A stretch of DNA of 63,546 nucleotides, counting the filler, from Octopus bimaculoides (lineage: Eukaryota): assembly GCF_001194135.2 (NCBI RefSeq). It is 3 parts of 3 records of this genome, joined end to end, with 100 filler letters (N's around TTAATTAATTAA, not from the genome) between each part and the next. Parts side by side here need not be neighbours in the genome. Positions count along the whole stretch, not along the records: positions 36,826 to 63,546 come from NC_068985.1; 2 more parts are not named here. One strand, given 5' to 3'. The notes under the pieces were generated by a model. It did no database searches, had not been told where the DNA came from, and saw only the letters and a list, made by a program, of their open reading frames with translations. Positions 51,595 through 63,512 of the stretch are shown one piece after another. The position numbers were made by a program, and so were the translations under genes. How positions within the stretch are numbered: position 1 is the stretch's first letter; each line of letters starts with the position of its first letter.

Positions 51595-51996
51595 TAGGCG
51601 CTGGAGTGGCTGTGTGGTAAGTAGCTTGCTTACCAACCACATGGTTCATTCCCACTGCGTGGTACCTTGGGTAAGTGTCTTCTACTATAGTCTCGGGCCG
51701 ACCAAAGCCTTGTGAGTGGATTTGGTAGACGGAAACTGAAAGAAGCCCGTCGTATATCTGTATATATATATGTATGTGTGTGTATATGTTTGTGTGTCTG
51801 TATTTGTCCCCCCCCCCAACATCGCTTGACAACCGATGGTGGTGTGTTTACATCACCGTAACTTAGTGGTTCGGCAAAAGAGACCGATAGAATAAGCACT
51901 AGGCCTCCAAAGTCCTGAGGTCGATTTGCTCGGCCAAAGGCGGTGCTCTAGCATGGCCGCAGTCAAATGACTGAAACAAGTGAAAGAGTAAAGAGA
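51595..51996 (+). mobile_element. SINE family A, full length
   Basis: A-box-like TGGCTGTGTGG, body, short internal microsatellite, gtaaaaga tail. Confidence 0.92.
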
Positions 51997-52089
51997 GTCC
52001 ACCTATCTTTAAGACCAGCAATGCCAGTACCAATTACCCCAGAGCTCAAAAAACATATAGCAATCCCAAACACCTTGGTCATTCTTCCT

Positions 52090-52980
52090 GTTATTTTAAA
52101 TTAGGAATTATATAAAATCCGGCATTAGAGATGGCTGGTCACGACTGGAAGAGAAAAAGGGGTCAGCACTTTACACATAGTGCAGACCCTAATTTCTTTT
52201 CCATAGTCACGATCAGAAAAATGCGAAATTCAGTCTTTTGTTAATATAATACATCTAGCCACTCCTAGCAACAATCATGGTATTCTCTATAAATACTGAT
52301 CTCAAGAAACATTTTTTATTTCATTTAGACTGCTTTCTATTACTTTTGTAAGTGTCGGGCAGATCAATATATCAATATGCTTTCTACAGTTCCTCTAAAA
52401 ATCGAGGTTATTAGATTTGGATCCCGTATTGTGAACTTCGTGTTCGCTATTGAACATTCTTGCTTTTTACTGAGAATGTGATTTCAGTTCTTATTTTAGT
52501 GTCTCTCTTTCTAGAGTTTCTATCAGTGATACATATATTACTTGGAGTCATTTACACATTTCAAGTTTGTACAATAAAGCCAATGTTATCGTCATTGACA
52601 CACAGTTCGATCTGTTTTGCTGTTTTCTCAACTCGTTGAATTGGTAGTGAAGCCTCGTATGTAGTATTAGAAGAAAGATCTATATCATCTGACCTACCTG
52701 TATCAGTAAGAACAGTTGCAGCGTGAAGTCTACTTTTGGAGAAGCTGTTTAGAAAATTGTTTCTTTTGCATTTGATGCTTTCGACTCAACCCATCGATTC
52801 AAATTTGGATATCCCGAGTACCATAGTAGTTGCAATGATATTGTCTACAAAGATACCGTCACCCGGATTTTATTATCTGATAAACTTTAGAAATGTCTTT
52901 GAGATTTTCGGAGGAGTACGCTCTTGTACCATTTCTGTTCTTTGTGTTCTTGGGCTACACATTGCGAATTACAGCAACAT
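52090..52980 (-). mobile_element. RTE-clade LINE reverse transcriptase remnant
   Basis: SKSRLHAATVLTDTGRSDDIDLSSNTTYEASLPIQRVEKTAKQIELCVN (cf. TDLDFADDIALLS...HRVEKAAKQIGLHVN) and FRGTVESILIY. Confidence 0.8.
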
Positions 52981-53520
52981 AACTTAATAAAGGTTCTATA
53001 ATGTTATTTATAGCAAATAAATGCAAATTACATTAAGTCATACACATATAAATACATTAAGTTTTGGTCATTTATATTGCATGTACCATTAATTATGGTA
53101 TCAACAATCAATCAAACTAATGACTTATAGTGGGTTGACTCATATTATAGAAATTAAGATTCTAGTCACGAACGTACATAAATTGATGAACTTGTTATAA
53201 CATTAATTCTGTCGTGCCGAATATCAAAATAGCGATAGTATTTCAGAATACCCCCATAAGTCACTGATATAACAATAACATTCCGAGCCTCAAGCAAAAA
53301 GTACTTGACAATAATATCGAGAAAGGTTTTCTAAAATTTCTAAGTAAATGGATATTAACTTTTACATATTAGAGTATCCCGTCATGATTTTAATCTGTCG
53401 TGTAAGTACAAAAGCTAATTAACATTTTAAATCAGTCGAATCGGTAAAAATGAATTTCTATTATATATAAGAAATTAATTCTACACGATATAATTGAAAT
53501 ATATTTAGTTGGCTTAATTC

Positions 53521-54490
53521 CACTGTGCAAGAGATCTGTGGCCATTTTTATATGCAAAATGACATGGGAAATCCATTTCTGGCTTTCTTTTTGTTGAATT
53601 AGGCATGGTTTCTACAGAATTGTCACTGTATACATTTTTGTCATTATTATTAAATAAAATTCTCTACCGCATTGTAAAATGGGTTTCAACCCAACGCTAG
53701 AGACCAATCTTAGAAACACGTACAATGTGATTCAAAGCTTGTGCTTAATGTTATTTTTTATCTTTTAGATCTTATTTGTTTTCAACAATGAGTGCAAGAC
53801 AGTGCAAAAATAATCCAAACAGATTCTGTTATATCTGTGGGGAATTGACTTTTGCTAAAGAAAAGCACAGTATTAAACACCACATCAAGAAAATGTACAA
53901 GGCGTACTTCGATTGTTACTTAGGCGACCAAGATAAGTCATGGGCTCCTCATATGTGTTGCCTTACATGTGTGAAGACATTGAGTGCCTGGTATGCAGGA
54001 AAAAATGTTCACATGAAGTTTGGTGTGCCAATGATTTGGCGTGAGCAGAAAGATCACTCTAATGACTGCCATTTCTGTCACCATAACTTTACAGACTGTA
54101 CTACAGCCAAGAAAAAGAAACACATTGTTTACCAAAATTTGCAATCAGCAATGCGCCCAGTAGAGCACTCAGAAAATTTACCTGTGCCCAAAACTCTAGA
54201 TCAAGAAATGCAGAGTTCCAGTAGTGCTGATGAACATTCCAGTGGTGAATGTGTGGAGCCCAACGATTCAGAAAGTGAGAATAAACCAATAAATGACTTG
54301 TACAGAGATCCTTATTCAACCAAGAACATTATGTACGCAAGGATGACCGATCCGAGATGAAACTGAGCAAGGAAAACACAACATCATGCACAAACCACTT
54401 GTGAAAAGTGCTAGAATTGTTTTTACCACCTTTGCGTATTAAACTTGATTTGTTTAAGCAATTTGTGAAAGCCTTGGACAAGGAATTCTT
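53521..54490 (+). mobile_element. Chapaev3-like (CMC superfamily) DNA transposon, internally deleted
   Basis: Starts CACTG; carries the transposase N-terminal ORF; a downstream fragment PPLRIKLDLFKQFVKALDKE (54426-54489) comes from the catalytic region. Confidence 0.7.
53788..54360 (+). CDS. Open ORF: Chapaev3-like transposase N-terminal Zn-finger (Chapa) domain, truncated
   Basis: MSARQCKNNPNRFCYICG...LGDQDKSWAPHMCCLTC...FGVPMIWREQKDHSNDCHFC...YQNLQSAMRPVEH; preceded by an acceptor-like ttttatcttttag at 53768. Confidence 0.7.
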   Translation: MSARQCKNNPNRFCYICGELTFAKEKHSIKHHIKKMYKAYFDCYLGDQDKSWAPHMCCLTCVKTLSAWYAGKNVHMKFGVPMIWREQKDHSNDCHFCHHNFTDCTTAKKKKHIVYQNLQSAMRPVEHSENLPVPKTLDQEMQSSSSADEHSSGECVEPNDSESENKPINDLYRDPYSTKNIMYARMTDPR

Positions 54491-54928
54491 CGTAGGTATG
54501 GGTGATCCCGCAAACTAAAAAAAAAAATTATAAAAAAAAAAAAGAAATTGCGATTTGCGGAGGGTCGCAGTTGGTAACAAAAACAGGACAATGACACAAA
54601 TATTGAGGGTTGCTAAGCCAGACGAAGTAAGGTGGCGAACGCTGAGGAACATTCTTTGAAAGGAGAAAAGACAGGAGAGGAGACACACAAGAATGCATCT
54701 GGTCCGTGCAACAGACCGAAAGGAAAGAAAGATGAACTCGTCTGGAAAAGAAATATGGACGATGGTCACGTGTGAGCAACGAGAGAGTAAAGGAGGAAGA
54801 GGGAGAGAAAGGGACAGATAGAAAAAGATGGAGGAGAGAAAAAAGAATTAGAGAAAGGATGAGAGGGAAAAACAAAAGGGGGAGAAGGGGAGGAAAAAGA
54901 ATTTCCGTTTTGTGACGTCATGTACCCA

Positions 54929-54959
<31 letters not shown>

Positions 54960-55076
54960 GTATATATATATACATATATATGTCAGTGTGTACATATATG
55001 TATGTATATATGCCTATACACATATTTTATTTATATTATCATATGATTGAACGCCACGCATCGATTTCCAGGTAAG

Positions 55077-55118
<42 letters not shown>

Positions 55119-55218
55119 NNNNNNNNNNNNNNNNNNNNNNNNNNNNNNNNNNNNNNNNNNNNNNNNNNNNNNNNNNNNNNNNNNNNNNNNNNNNNNNNNN
55201 NNNNNNNNNNNNNNNNNN

Positions 55219-55253
<35 letters not shown>

Positions 55254-56807
55254 ATACTCTAAATAATATTTTATAAGCTTAAAGCTTATAAACGATCACC
55301 CTGTATTGACTAAAGAAAAGAGTCTAATATTGGGGAATATAAGCCCGTGACGGAAAAATATGGGTTTCCGTACGCATGAGACGTGAATCCACACCTGTTA
55401 TATTCGCGATAGGTGTGCTTACCATTACACCCACGTACCCACCCACTTATTCCCATTAGATTAAGAATTATACTTTCATAGTGTTGTTTTTTTAAGCAAA
55501 CAAGTATGTGCGTTTTCTGCAATCAATTGAGAAGCGGTGATGAGTGACAATTCTATGTATATTTTTGTATGTACGTATACAATTCTATGTAAATTTTTGT
55601 GTATATATATTTATATACAGACATATTCGTCCACCCATCCATTTCCTCCGTCCACTTTTCCTAGCAGAGCAGGTAGAGTCCTCTACACCTCCATTGTATA
55701 GTATTATCAAAATAACCGTCATTAGACTTTTTGGTTGGATTCTCAAGCACGACCCGAACCTGAACCTCTTATTCTTGATCTACACTCAAGGTTCTTGCTG
55801 GCCGACTTGCCTTGAAGAATGACTCTGTCCTGTGGTTCTTTCTTACAACATGCTAATCCCACGTATGTAGTCCCCTCAATACGCGAGAAATAACGACTCG
55901 ACTAGGATTGACACCCTGTTCTTGGATTTATGCACCCTGTCAAGTAACGTTACACCAGAGATCCCATATATGGACAACGTTCATGTCCATATATTTCTTA
56001 TATAAAATAAACCTGTGTGTGTATTCGCTTTTCACGCCAAAACAGCCGCGCGAATTGCTTCCATGCTTGAGAAGCATGAATAATTTGACCTCGGATAAAT
56101 AATAGGGTCTTCAGTTTAATTTTTTTATTAAAAATAAATAGTATTGCTTTATATATATGATTCACTTCTTTAAAAAGGTTTCTCAAATTCAACAATGCAA
56201 TTTTCCATTTTCATTTGCAAAATCTCACACTCTCTATTTTAATGTTGTCATTTCAGGTTTTAATTCGCTATTTGCAAACAACTACGATAAATTACCGAAA
56301 AGAATATTTACTATGTTCACAAGTTTAAATATTCGGTATAAGAAAGTTTTTAACGAGCTTTTATTTATACAATTTCTTCATTTNNNNNNNNNNNNNNNNN
56401 NNNNNNNNNNNNNNNNNNNNNNNNNNNNNNNNNNNNNNNNNNNNNNNNNNNNNNNNNNNNNNNNNNNNNNNNNNNNNNNNNNNNNNNNNNNNNNNNNNNN
56501 NNNNNNNNNNNNNNNNNNNNNNNNNNNNNNNNNNNNNNNNNNNNNNNNNNNNNNNNNNNNNNNNNNNNNNNNNNNNNNNNNNNNNNNNNNNNNNNNNNNN
56601 NNNNNNNNNNNNNNNNNNNNNNNNNNNNNNNNNNNNNNNNNNNNNNNNNNNNNNNNNNNNNNNNNNNNNNNNNNNNNNNNNNNNNNNNNNNNNNNNNNNN
56701 NNNNNNNNNNNNNNNNNNNNNNNNNNNNNNNNNNNNNNNNNNNNNNNNNNNNNNNNNNNTAATATCTTATATATTATGTAAATATCTCAGATGTTTATTT
56801 CTTAAGG

Positions 56808-57085
56808 GGAACGATGGAATTTAACATTCTTAACAATAGACCAGAGGTCCTCTTCAAATTGTTTTAAACTTAGGTCAGGAAGAGGATTATTTTTAGATTT
56901 GAACAATTTACTAAATTCAGAATTTTGATAATTAGAGGGTGGCTTGATATCCTTATTATCAAAGAAGAAAGCTTGCCATCTGATACGATTAATGAAAGAA
57001 TTAGTCTTATTGATGAGTTGCTTAAGGAAAATCTTTCTTGGAGGAATAGGTATATCATTGAAGGGTCGTTCATATTAGAAGTCTC
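56808..57085 (-). mobile_element. Penelope-like element N-terminal coding fragment
   Basis: DIPIPPRKIFLKQLINKTNSFINRIRWQAFFFDNK...FKSKNNPLPDLSLKQFEEDLWSIVKNVK. Confidence 0.75.
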
Positions 57086-57132
57086 CATTTGCAATAACTA
57101 TTCCAGTTGCAAGTTTTAACAATGAGAATCTC

Positions 57133-57163
<31 letters not shown>

Positions 57164-57174
57164 NNNNNNNNNNA

Positions 57175-57390
57175 TATGTTAAATTCAAATTACGAAAAAC
57201 GTAAACAAACAAACGAATTGGAAATTTTATCAAGATCACTTCTCTATGATAAAGGGAAATCCTTCTACGGACGAACAATTATTTACCCTTTTTTCCAACA
57301 CACACTGGTAAACACCTATAAAGAACGTGTTTATAGGTGTCAACATTGGAAAAAACACTCCTTCAACTATTTCAGATAATATTTAACCCC
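57175..57390 (+). mobile_element. Possible Penelope C-terminal fragment
   Basis: TLVNTYKERVYRCQHWKKHSF resembles the terminal LLN..E....CRH..K motif. Confidence 0.4.
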
Positions 57391-57529
57391 CCACCGCCTA
57401 AAAATATCAGCAACTTAATCTTTATTCTTTCATCCCACACCTCTTATTCTTTCCTTCATTTTTCTATCTATATGTCATTGACTCTCTGTTTTTACCCCGT
57501 AACTTTATTTTGCAGTTTTATATTCTTCC

Positions 57530-57700
57530 ATGGAGATGAAGGTAGGGTGTATAAATTCACGTGGCTTGGGGTCGAGAGGGAGACAAATTTGTCTCCTGAA
57601 CGACCTCAGGTCACTAGGTTTGGATATATGTGTGGTTACTGAGTCCAAGTTGAATGAGCCACATACGTTTTCGCCTCTTCTAAGTAGCTATGAGAAATTT
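57530..57700 (+). mobile_element. Tx1/L1-clade APE endonuclease N-terminal fragment
   Basis: MEMKVGCINSRGLGSRGRQICLLNDLRSLGLDICVVTESKL; related to the 42218 ORF2 start. Confidence 0.75.
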
Positions 57701-57766
57701 ATAGAAGGGGAAATCCTGATCTCAAAAGGCTACTAACAAGCTTTATTTCCTTCTTTATTTCCTTCT

Positions 57767-57768
<2 letters not shown>

Positions 57769-57837
<69 letters not shown>

Positions 57838-57838
57838 G
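57769..57838. repeat. (TAC)n microsatellite
   Basis: Directly visible. Confidence 0.95.
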
Positions 57839-58442
57839 TAACACACGACCAGCCATTCCGTATAAAAATAATGGATTACATCGACCCCATCTCGAACTGT
57901 GTTTATTTTATTGATTCAGAATAACAACAAAGAACACAGGTCCTGCTCGGCTAGATATTAACATTTAACGTNNNNNNNNNNNNNNNNNNNNNNNNNNNNN
58001 NNNNNNNNNNNNNNNNNNNNNNNNNNNNNNNNNNNNNNNNNNNNNNNNNNNNNNNNNNNNNNNNNNNNNNNNNNNNNNNNNNNNNNNNNNNNNNNNNNNN
58101 NNNNNNNNNNNNNNNNNNNNNNNNNNNNNNNNNNNNNNNNNNNNNNNNNNNNNNNNNNNNNNNNNNNNNNNNNNNNNNNNNNNNNNNNNNNNNNNNNNNN
58201 NNNNNNNNNNNNNNNNNNNNNNNNNNNNNNNNNNNNNNNNNNNNNNNNNNNNNNNNNNNNNNNNNNNNNNNNNNNNNNNNNNNNNNNNNNNNNNNNNNNN
58301 NNNNNNNNNNNNNNNNNNNNNNNNNNNNNNNNNNNNNNNNNNNNNNNNNNNNNNNNNNNNNNNNNNNNNNNNNNNNNNNNNNNNNNNNNNNNNNNNNNNN
58401 NNNNNNNNNNNNNNNNNNNNNNNNNNNNNNNNNNNNNNNNNN

Positions 58443-58474
<32 letters not shown>

Positions 58475-58789
58475 TACAGGCAGAGCCATGGGTGTGCATT
58501 TCGAAATTTACTGCCGACTATATTGTTTCAGGATTAAACCCACTGCGTGGCACCTTACATAAGTATCCCTCTGTGTCTGTGTGCGTACTCACACACACAC
58601 ACACTCAAACTCACACACATACATACACACACACACACATATATATGAGAGGTATTGGTGTCCAGAAGACCCAAGGAGGCGGTAAGGATATGAAAGTGCT
58701 ACGGAAGGACTAAGTTAATCTCTCGGTTCGATAATAATACGAGTGACGGGTCTAATGCAGGTGTTTTATGAGCATGTATATGTTAAATA

Positions 58790-59580
58790 AAATGGGACAA
58801 CAAAACCAAGGCTGTGTGGAATTTTAAGGATATTTATAAAGCGAAAGTTAATCTTACAGCTGTTTCTGGGATATTAAGGATATCCCTTCATCAGAGACGA
58901 TGTGAGATGGTTAAATAGAGGGAAATAGTAAAGAGTTATTTTGGAAAACGATGGAAATAAGAAGTATAAAGGGAAATAAGAGAATAAAAGTAAAAATAGA
59001 AATATATTTAGGATGTTATAGTTGCAGTTCCATTATCCAAGGGAAATTGGTGTGTAGAAGTGGTAGAAATGTTTTTTGTCCATGGCATGTAAATTCCGAT
59101 AGGAGTTCGTATTTTGACATTATAAATGGAAAGTGTGGAGACGTAGGTTCCATATGCTGTTCATTCAAAGAGGTTTTGTGGTGTGAATGAAATTTTGAGA
59201 ATGTAGTGGTAGTATCAAGTAGATAGAGAGGAGAGAAAATATATGTAAGTTAAAATGAGGAGAATGGTCAAAAGGAATAGGTGCGGAAAGAAGAAAGAAA
59301 GACGAAGAGAAAATGAAAAAAAGGAGTGTTAGTTGGTGGTCAAGATATTATGAGGGGGATGGGAGAGGAGTAGAGGAGGGATAGGAAGAGATAAGAATGT
59401 AACGAATGAATATGTGTGAGGAGCGGGAAGTGGGGGGATGGGCATAGAAAATGGTACAGAGGGTTTACTACAGTGAGTAGTAAACCTCAAAAAGGAAGGG
59501 AAGTATAAGATATAATGGTGAAGTTTCTAAAAAAAGACGGAGGTGTTTATTGTACTGGCTAATGTGATAGTTGGGGATGA
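58790..59580 (-). mobile_element. Inverted Penelope pLTR/3' region upstream of the PLE at 59700
   Basis: Reverse-complement match to 49690-50620 and to 61280-61410; holds the intact hammerhead. Confidence 0.8.
58851..58898 (-). ncRNA. Minimal type I hammerhead ribozyme motif in a Penelope pLTR
   Basis: Minus strand reads GTCT-CTGATGA-A-GGGATAT-CCTTA-ATATCCC-A-GAA-ACAGCTGT-A-AGAT. Intact CUGAUGA and GAAA core, perfect 7-bp stem II, palindromic stem III, GUA triplet, stem I GUCU/AGAU. Confidence 0.75.
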
Positions 59581-59699
59581 AGAATCAGAGATAGAAAGAA
59601 ATGCATATTGATATACGCACGTCGCACACATATGCATATATGTGTGTATATGCCCTATTATATAGACCCGCATACTTTATATATATATATATATATATA

Positions 59700-61408
59700 T
59701 ACTGTAACAATAACGATAACCATAGCAAATTACTTGACATTTCTATGGGATCATCCGACTCCGCCCGAGTCACCGACCACGTAGATTTATGCATATTCCG
59801 CCAACTCGGAATACATTTCCCTATCATCAAGTGTGGCCTCTACGTTGATGACGCTTTGCTAGTCACCAACAGAGTTTATAAATTCTCTTTAGAACGAGTT
59901 AGGAAGGATCTGCACAAATTTTTCTCTGACCTCAGCCTAAATATTACTTTTGAAAATTCTCACCAAACCACTAATTTTTTAGACTTAGCTTAGTAATCTC
60001 CCAATACTCCCCATATCACAAACTTAACCAATACGTTAAGCACGTAAACATTAATTCCAATCACCACAAATCTACCTTTGATAATATAGTTAAGGGTATC
60101 TCGATTCGTATAGCTAACCTCTCACCACTGAGGAAATATTCAATAACCACGTCTCATATTACAACCAAGTGCTTGCTGCCAGTGACTTCTCCCAACAAAT
60201 AACATACATCTCTAATAGTAGGCTCAAGCAAGATATATCTCAAATCATATCAAAAGGACATGCCAACCATCACTATCACAACAGAGCACACATACTCTAT
60301 ACTAGAACCCCGGGAGAACCTAGATTATGACAATTTAGACCCGACACGCATACATATAACACTAGATCAAAGACTAAAATAGCTAGCAATAACGGGCCAC
60401 ATTACCCCTCTCCAATTTCTAAAAAATATAGATTACACTACCCCTAAGCAACCAAAAAAATACGCTGGACGCTCTATTCTATGGTATACACCCCCTTCTC
60501 ATTAAACGTTAAGAACTTAGCTAAATCCTTTTTTAATATACTGGACTCCAACTTCCCTCGTCAACATAAATATTACTCTATCATTAATAGTTCTACATTA
60601 AAGCTATCCTACTCCTCCCCGCCCAACTTCGAGTCTATTATAACAGCTTTGAATTGACGAAAACTTTCTCTCTATTATCAAAACTGACACTGTAACAACT
60701 CTGAATACACGAGCGCCCAACATATACTTAACTCCAATATCGAACCCCATACTTTAGACCACAACGAAAACCCAATCAATTCCACTAACACTAACCAGAA
60801 TACTACTACCTCAACTTCCACCCCTATTACAGATAGGATAAATAACAACAACGATAGAAATAGTAATAATAATGTTAATAACATAGCCCAATCTTCCCCC
60901 AACTCTCACCTCTCCTTAGTCAGTAGTATCTCTTCCACTCCTGAGAATAACCCCCACAATGCACTAGCATGTAACTGTCGTTCTGGAGCCATCTGCCCTC
61001 TACAAGCCCGTTGCAGAACGTCTAATGTAAATGCACCGTCCTCAACACGCTACACAATTCTACAACCATATATACTAGGTTTACTATAAATTTTAAACAG
61101 TGATACGCTGCGCATCTCAATTCTTTTAGATATAAGAAACGCAGTAAATCCACAACAGTCGCCAATCACATACATCGTCTCAAAAATAGAAATATTCCAT
61201 ACATCTTCTCATGGCCCATAATAAATTGAGGGCAGCCATACCAGGCTCAACGCTCAGCCTGTAAGCTATGCATAAAATAACTACTATTTCTCTCTATTTA
61301 ACCATCTCACATCGTCTCCATTGAAGGGATATCTCTAATATCTCAGAAACAGCTATAAGACTTTCTCTTTATAGATATCCTGAAAATTCCACACAGCCTT
61401 GGCTTTGT

Positions 61409-61410
<2 letters not shown>
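59700..61410 (+). mobile_element. Penelope-like element (RT + GIY-YIG + pLTR fragment), 5' truncated, frameshifted
   Basis: ISMGSSDSARVTDHVDL...CGLYVDDALLV...LNITFENSHQTTNFLDL (PLE RT motifs); colinear with 46949-48480; ends in a hammerhead-bearing repeat. Confidence 0.9.
61314..61361 (+). pseudogene. Decayed hammerhead motif, same family
   Basis: GTCT-CCATTGA-A-GGGATAT-CTCTA-ATATCTC-A-GAA-ACAGCTAT-A-AGAC; catalytic core mutated. Confidence 0.6.
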
Positions 61411-61456
<46 letters not shown>

Positions 61457-61519
61457 ACACACATAAACACACACACGCACACACACAAAAACACACACAA
61501 ACACACACATCAGGCTACA

Positions 61520-62440
61520 ACAAGTAACCTTAGATGCCAACAAGTATTCTAGCTGTCCCTAATAACACTGATTTATAGAGCTAACTAAACTGGGTTTCAT
61601 GCCTATTTCCTCGGTCCATCTGTTGAAATCTTTAGGGATAGTTTTTAATGCACCTATTACTACAGGAATACATTTTACCCGCACTTTCCATAGTCTCTGT
61701 AATTTAATGGCTAGGTCCTGATACTTTGCTATTTTTTTATATACCTCTCATATTGATTTTTCCATCATTTGGGACTATAAAGTCAGTAATTTGGCACTTT
61801 CTAATCTCTTTGTCTGCTACAGCTAAATCAGGCCTTCTAGCTTCTATTACTCTGTCAGTCTGAATGTTAAAGTCCCACAACATCTTATATTTCTTTCCCA
61901 CAACATCTTATATTTCTTACTTTCTAGTACTTTACTAGGTTAATGTTCATATCATTTACCAATATGTTCAAATCCTAGCTTTCTACATAGCTCCAGTGGA
62001 TTACTCTACCTAGTTTGTCATGTTTTTCCTTGTATTCTTTCTGTGCCAGCATGCTTCATTCACTTACTATTTGAGTAACACTTTCTTCTTTTGATTTGTA
62101 TAACCTACATTGGGAATCTACTTGGTTTTTGTCTATCTTAACTTTTATCCGATTAGTCCTTAATGCTAGATCTTGTGCTGCTACTAACAAACGTTCTGTC
62201 TCCCTTTTCAGCCTTCTTTTCTGCAATCATAAACATGTCTCACTACTACTATTTGCTGCAACATCTTTGGGAACCTACCATGCAGGGCCTTCTTTCGCCA
62301 GTTAAATAATTTTTCTTCTTTTTTTCTGGTTTTTAACTTCGTTTCTTTTTGGGGTGGATTTTCTTATGTCTTGCTGTGACTCAAGCAGCTCTTAATAAAC
62401 TTTCTTCACTATTACCTCCATACTAGCTAACTCTTTAAAA
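61520..62440 (-). mobile_element. R4/Dong-type non-LTR element C-terminal (REL endonuclease) region
   Basis: MLAQKEYKEKHDKLGRVIHW; LWDFNIQTDRVIEARRPDLAVADK; KYQDLAIKLQRLWKVRVKCIPVVIGAL. Confidence 0.85.
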
Positions 62441-62578
62441 AAAATTTATGTGCAAACAAAATTGCTAAGTTTGAACAAAAAGCTCTATTTAAAAAATATT
62501 TACGACAGTATCCATTTTTCAATTCTAAAAGTAAATATGATAATTATAGTAATAGAAGCGTTGCCTAGAAAAAAGTGG

Positions 62579-63512
62579 ACAAGAATGAAAAATGCAGGCG
62601 CAGAATCGGAGAATATTCTTAAGTATTGAACCCAGAAAAGTACGGAACAAACAGCAATTAAGCCGAGAAAAGTACAGGACGAGAAGAAAGAAAAAACTTA
62701 ACATATTGCTGTTGAAGTTATAATTTGCTAAATAAATTTCTTAAATTGTTTAGGAAACAGTGTGTGCACTTTTCTGTTGTTTATATCTTTTTATTGCAAT
62801 TTCCAAAAACATTTTAGTTAATATTCTTTTATTTAAAAGTTTCTGTTTTATTACATTATATTTCTGACTTATATTATTATTATTTTTCTTATCGAAACTC
62901 ATTATACAAAAATTCTAAACCACAGATATTGTGTTATAAAATTAAACTCATGGAGAATATATGTAATTCAAAACAGTAAGATATAATAAAATAAAATATT
63001 TTAAGAAACAAAAGATGTAATTTGTTTAAGACTTGTATTCTGAGATAAAATATTTTCTACTTACAGTTAGAAAAATATTTACAAAAATGAAATGTAATGA
63101 ACAAATTGAGCGCAAAATGTTGAAACAGCTCTGCTTTTTTAAAATATACTTAGGAGTTATAATTGTCAATTTTGTTTAAATTGCTATTATGTAATTTTTT
63201 AAATATATAAATTTGTAAGATCAAATTTTTAATGTGTAGACTTGCAGGCAATTAATCTTTTCGCTAAAATTGAAAATAAATAGCTTCTGGAGTATTTTAC
63301 TTTAAACTTTTAACTAAAAATAAGAATACAGTAGGGCATTTATTACTATTTTAGTTTCAAAATTCTAACTTTAGCCATAATATTTAAAGTTTTTTTTCTT
63401 TTCATCCTGTACTTTTCTAGGCTTGACTACTGCTTGTTCTCTACGTTCCCAGGTTCAATACTGAAAAATATTCTATGATTCTACACTCACATTTTTCAAT
63501 TTGTTTGTCTGT
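62579..63512. repeat. AT-rich element bounded by about 150-bp imperfect inverted repeats (62579-62728 / 63359-63512)
   Basis: gaatattcttaagtattgaacc...gagaaaagtacaggacgag vs catcctgtacttttctag...ggttcaatactgaaaaatattc. Confidence 0.75.

Noticed and set aside
51595-51670. tRNA-like sequences at SINE heads (also 23034, 20010-20072, 36930-37004)
   Set aside because: They continue directly into SINE bodies and lack a complete cloverleaf; not tRNA genes.
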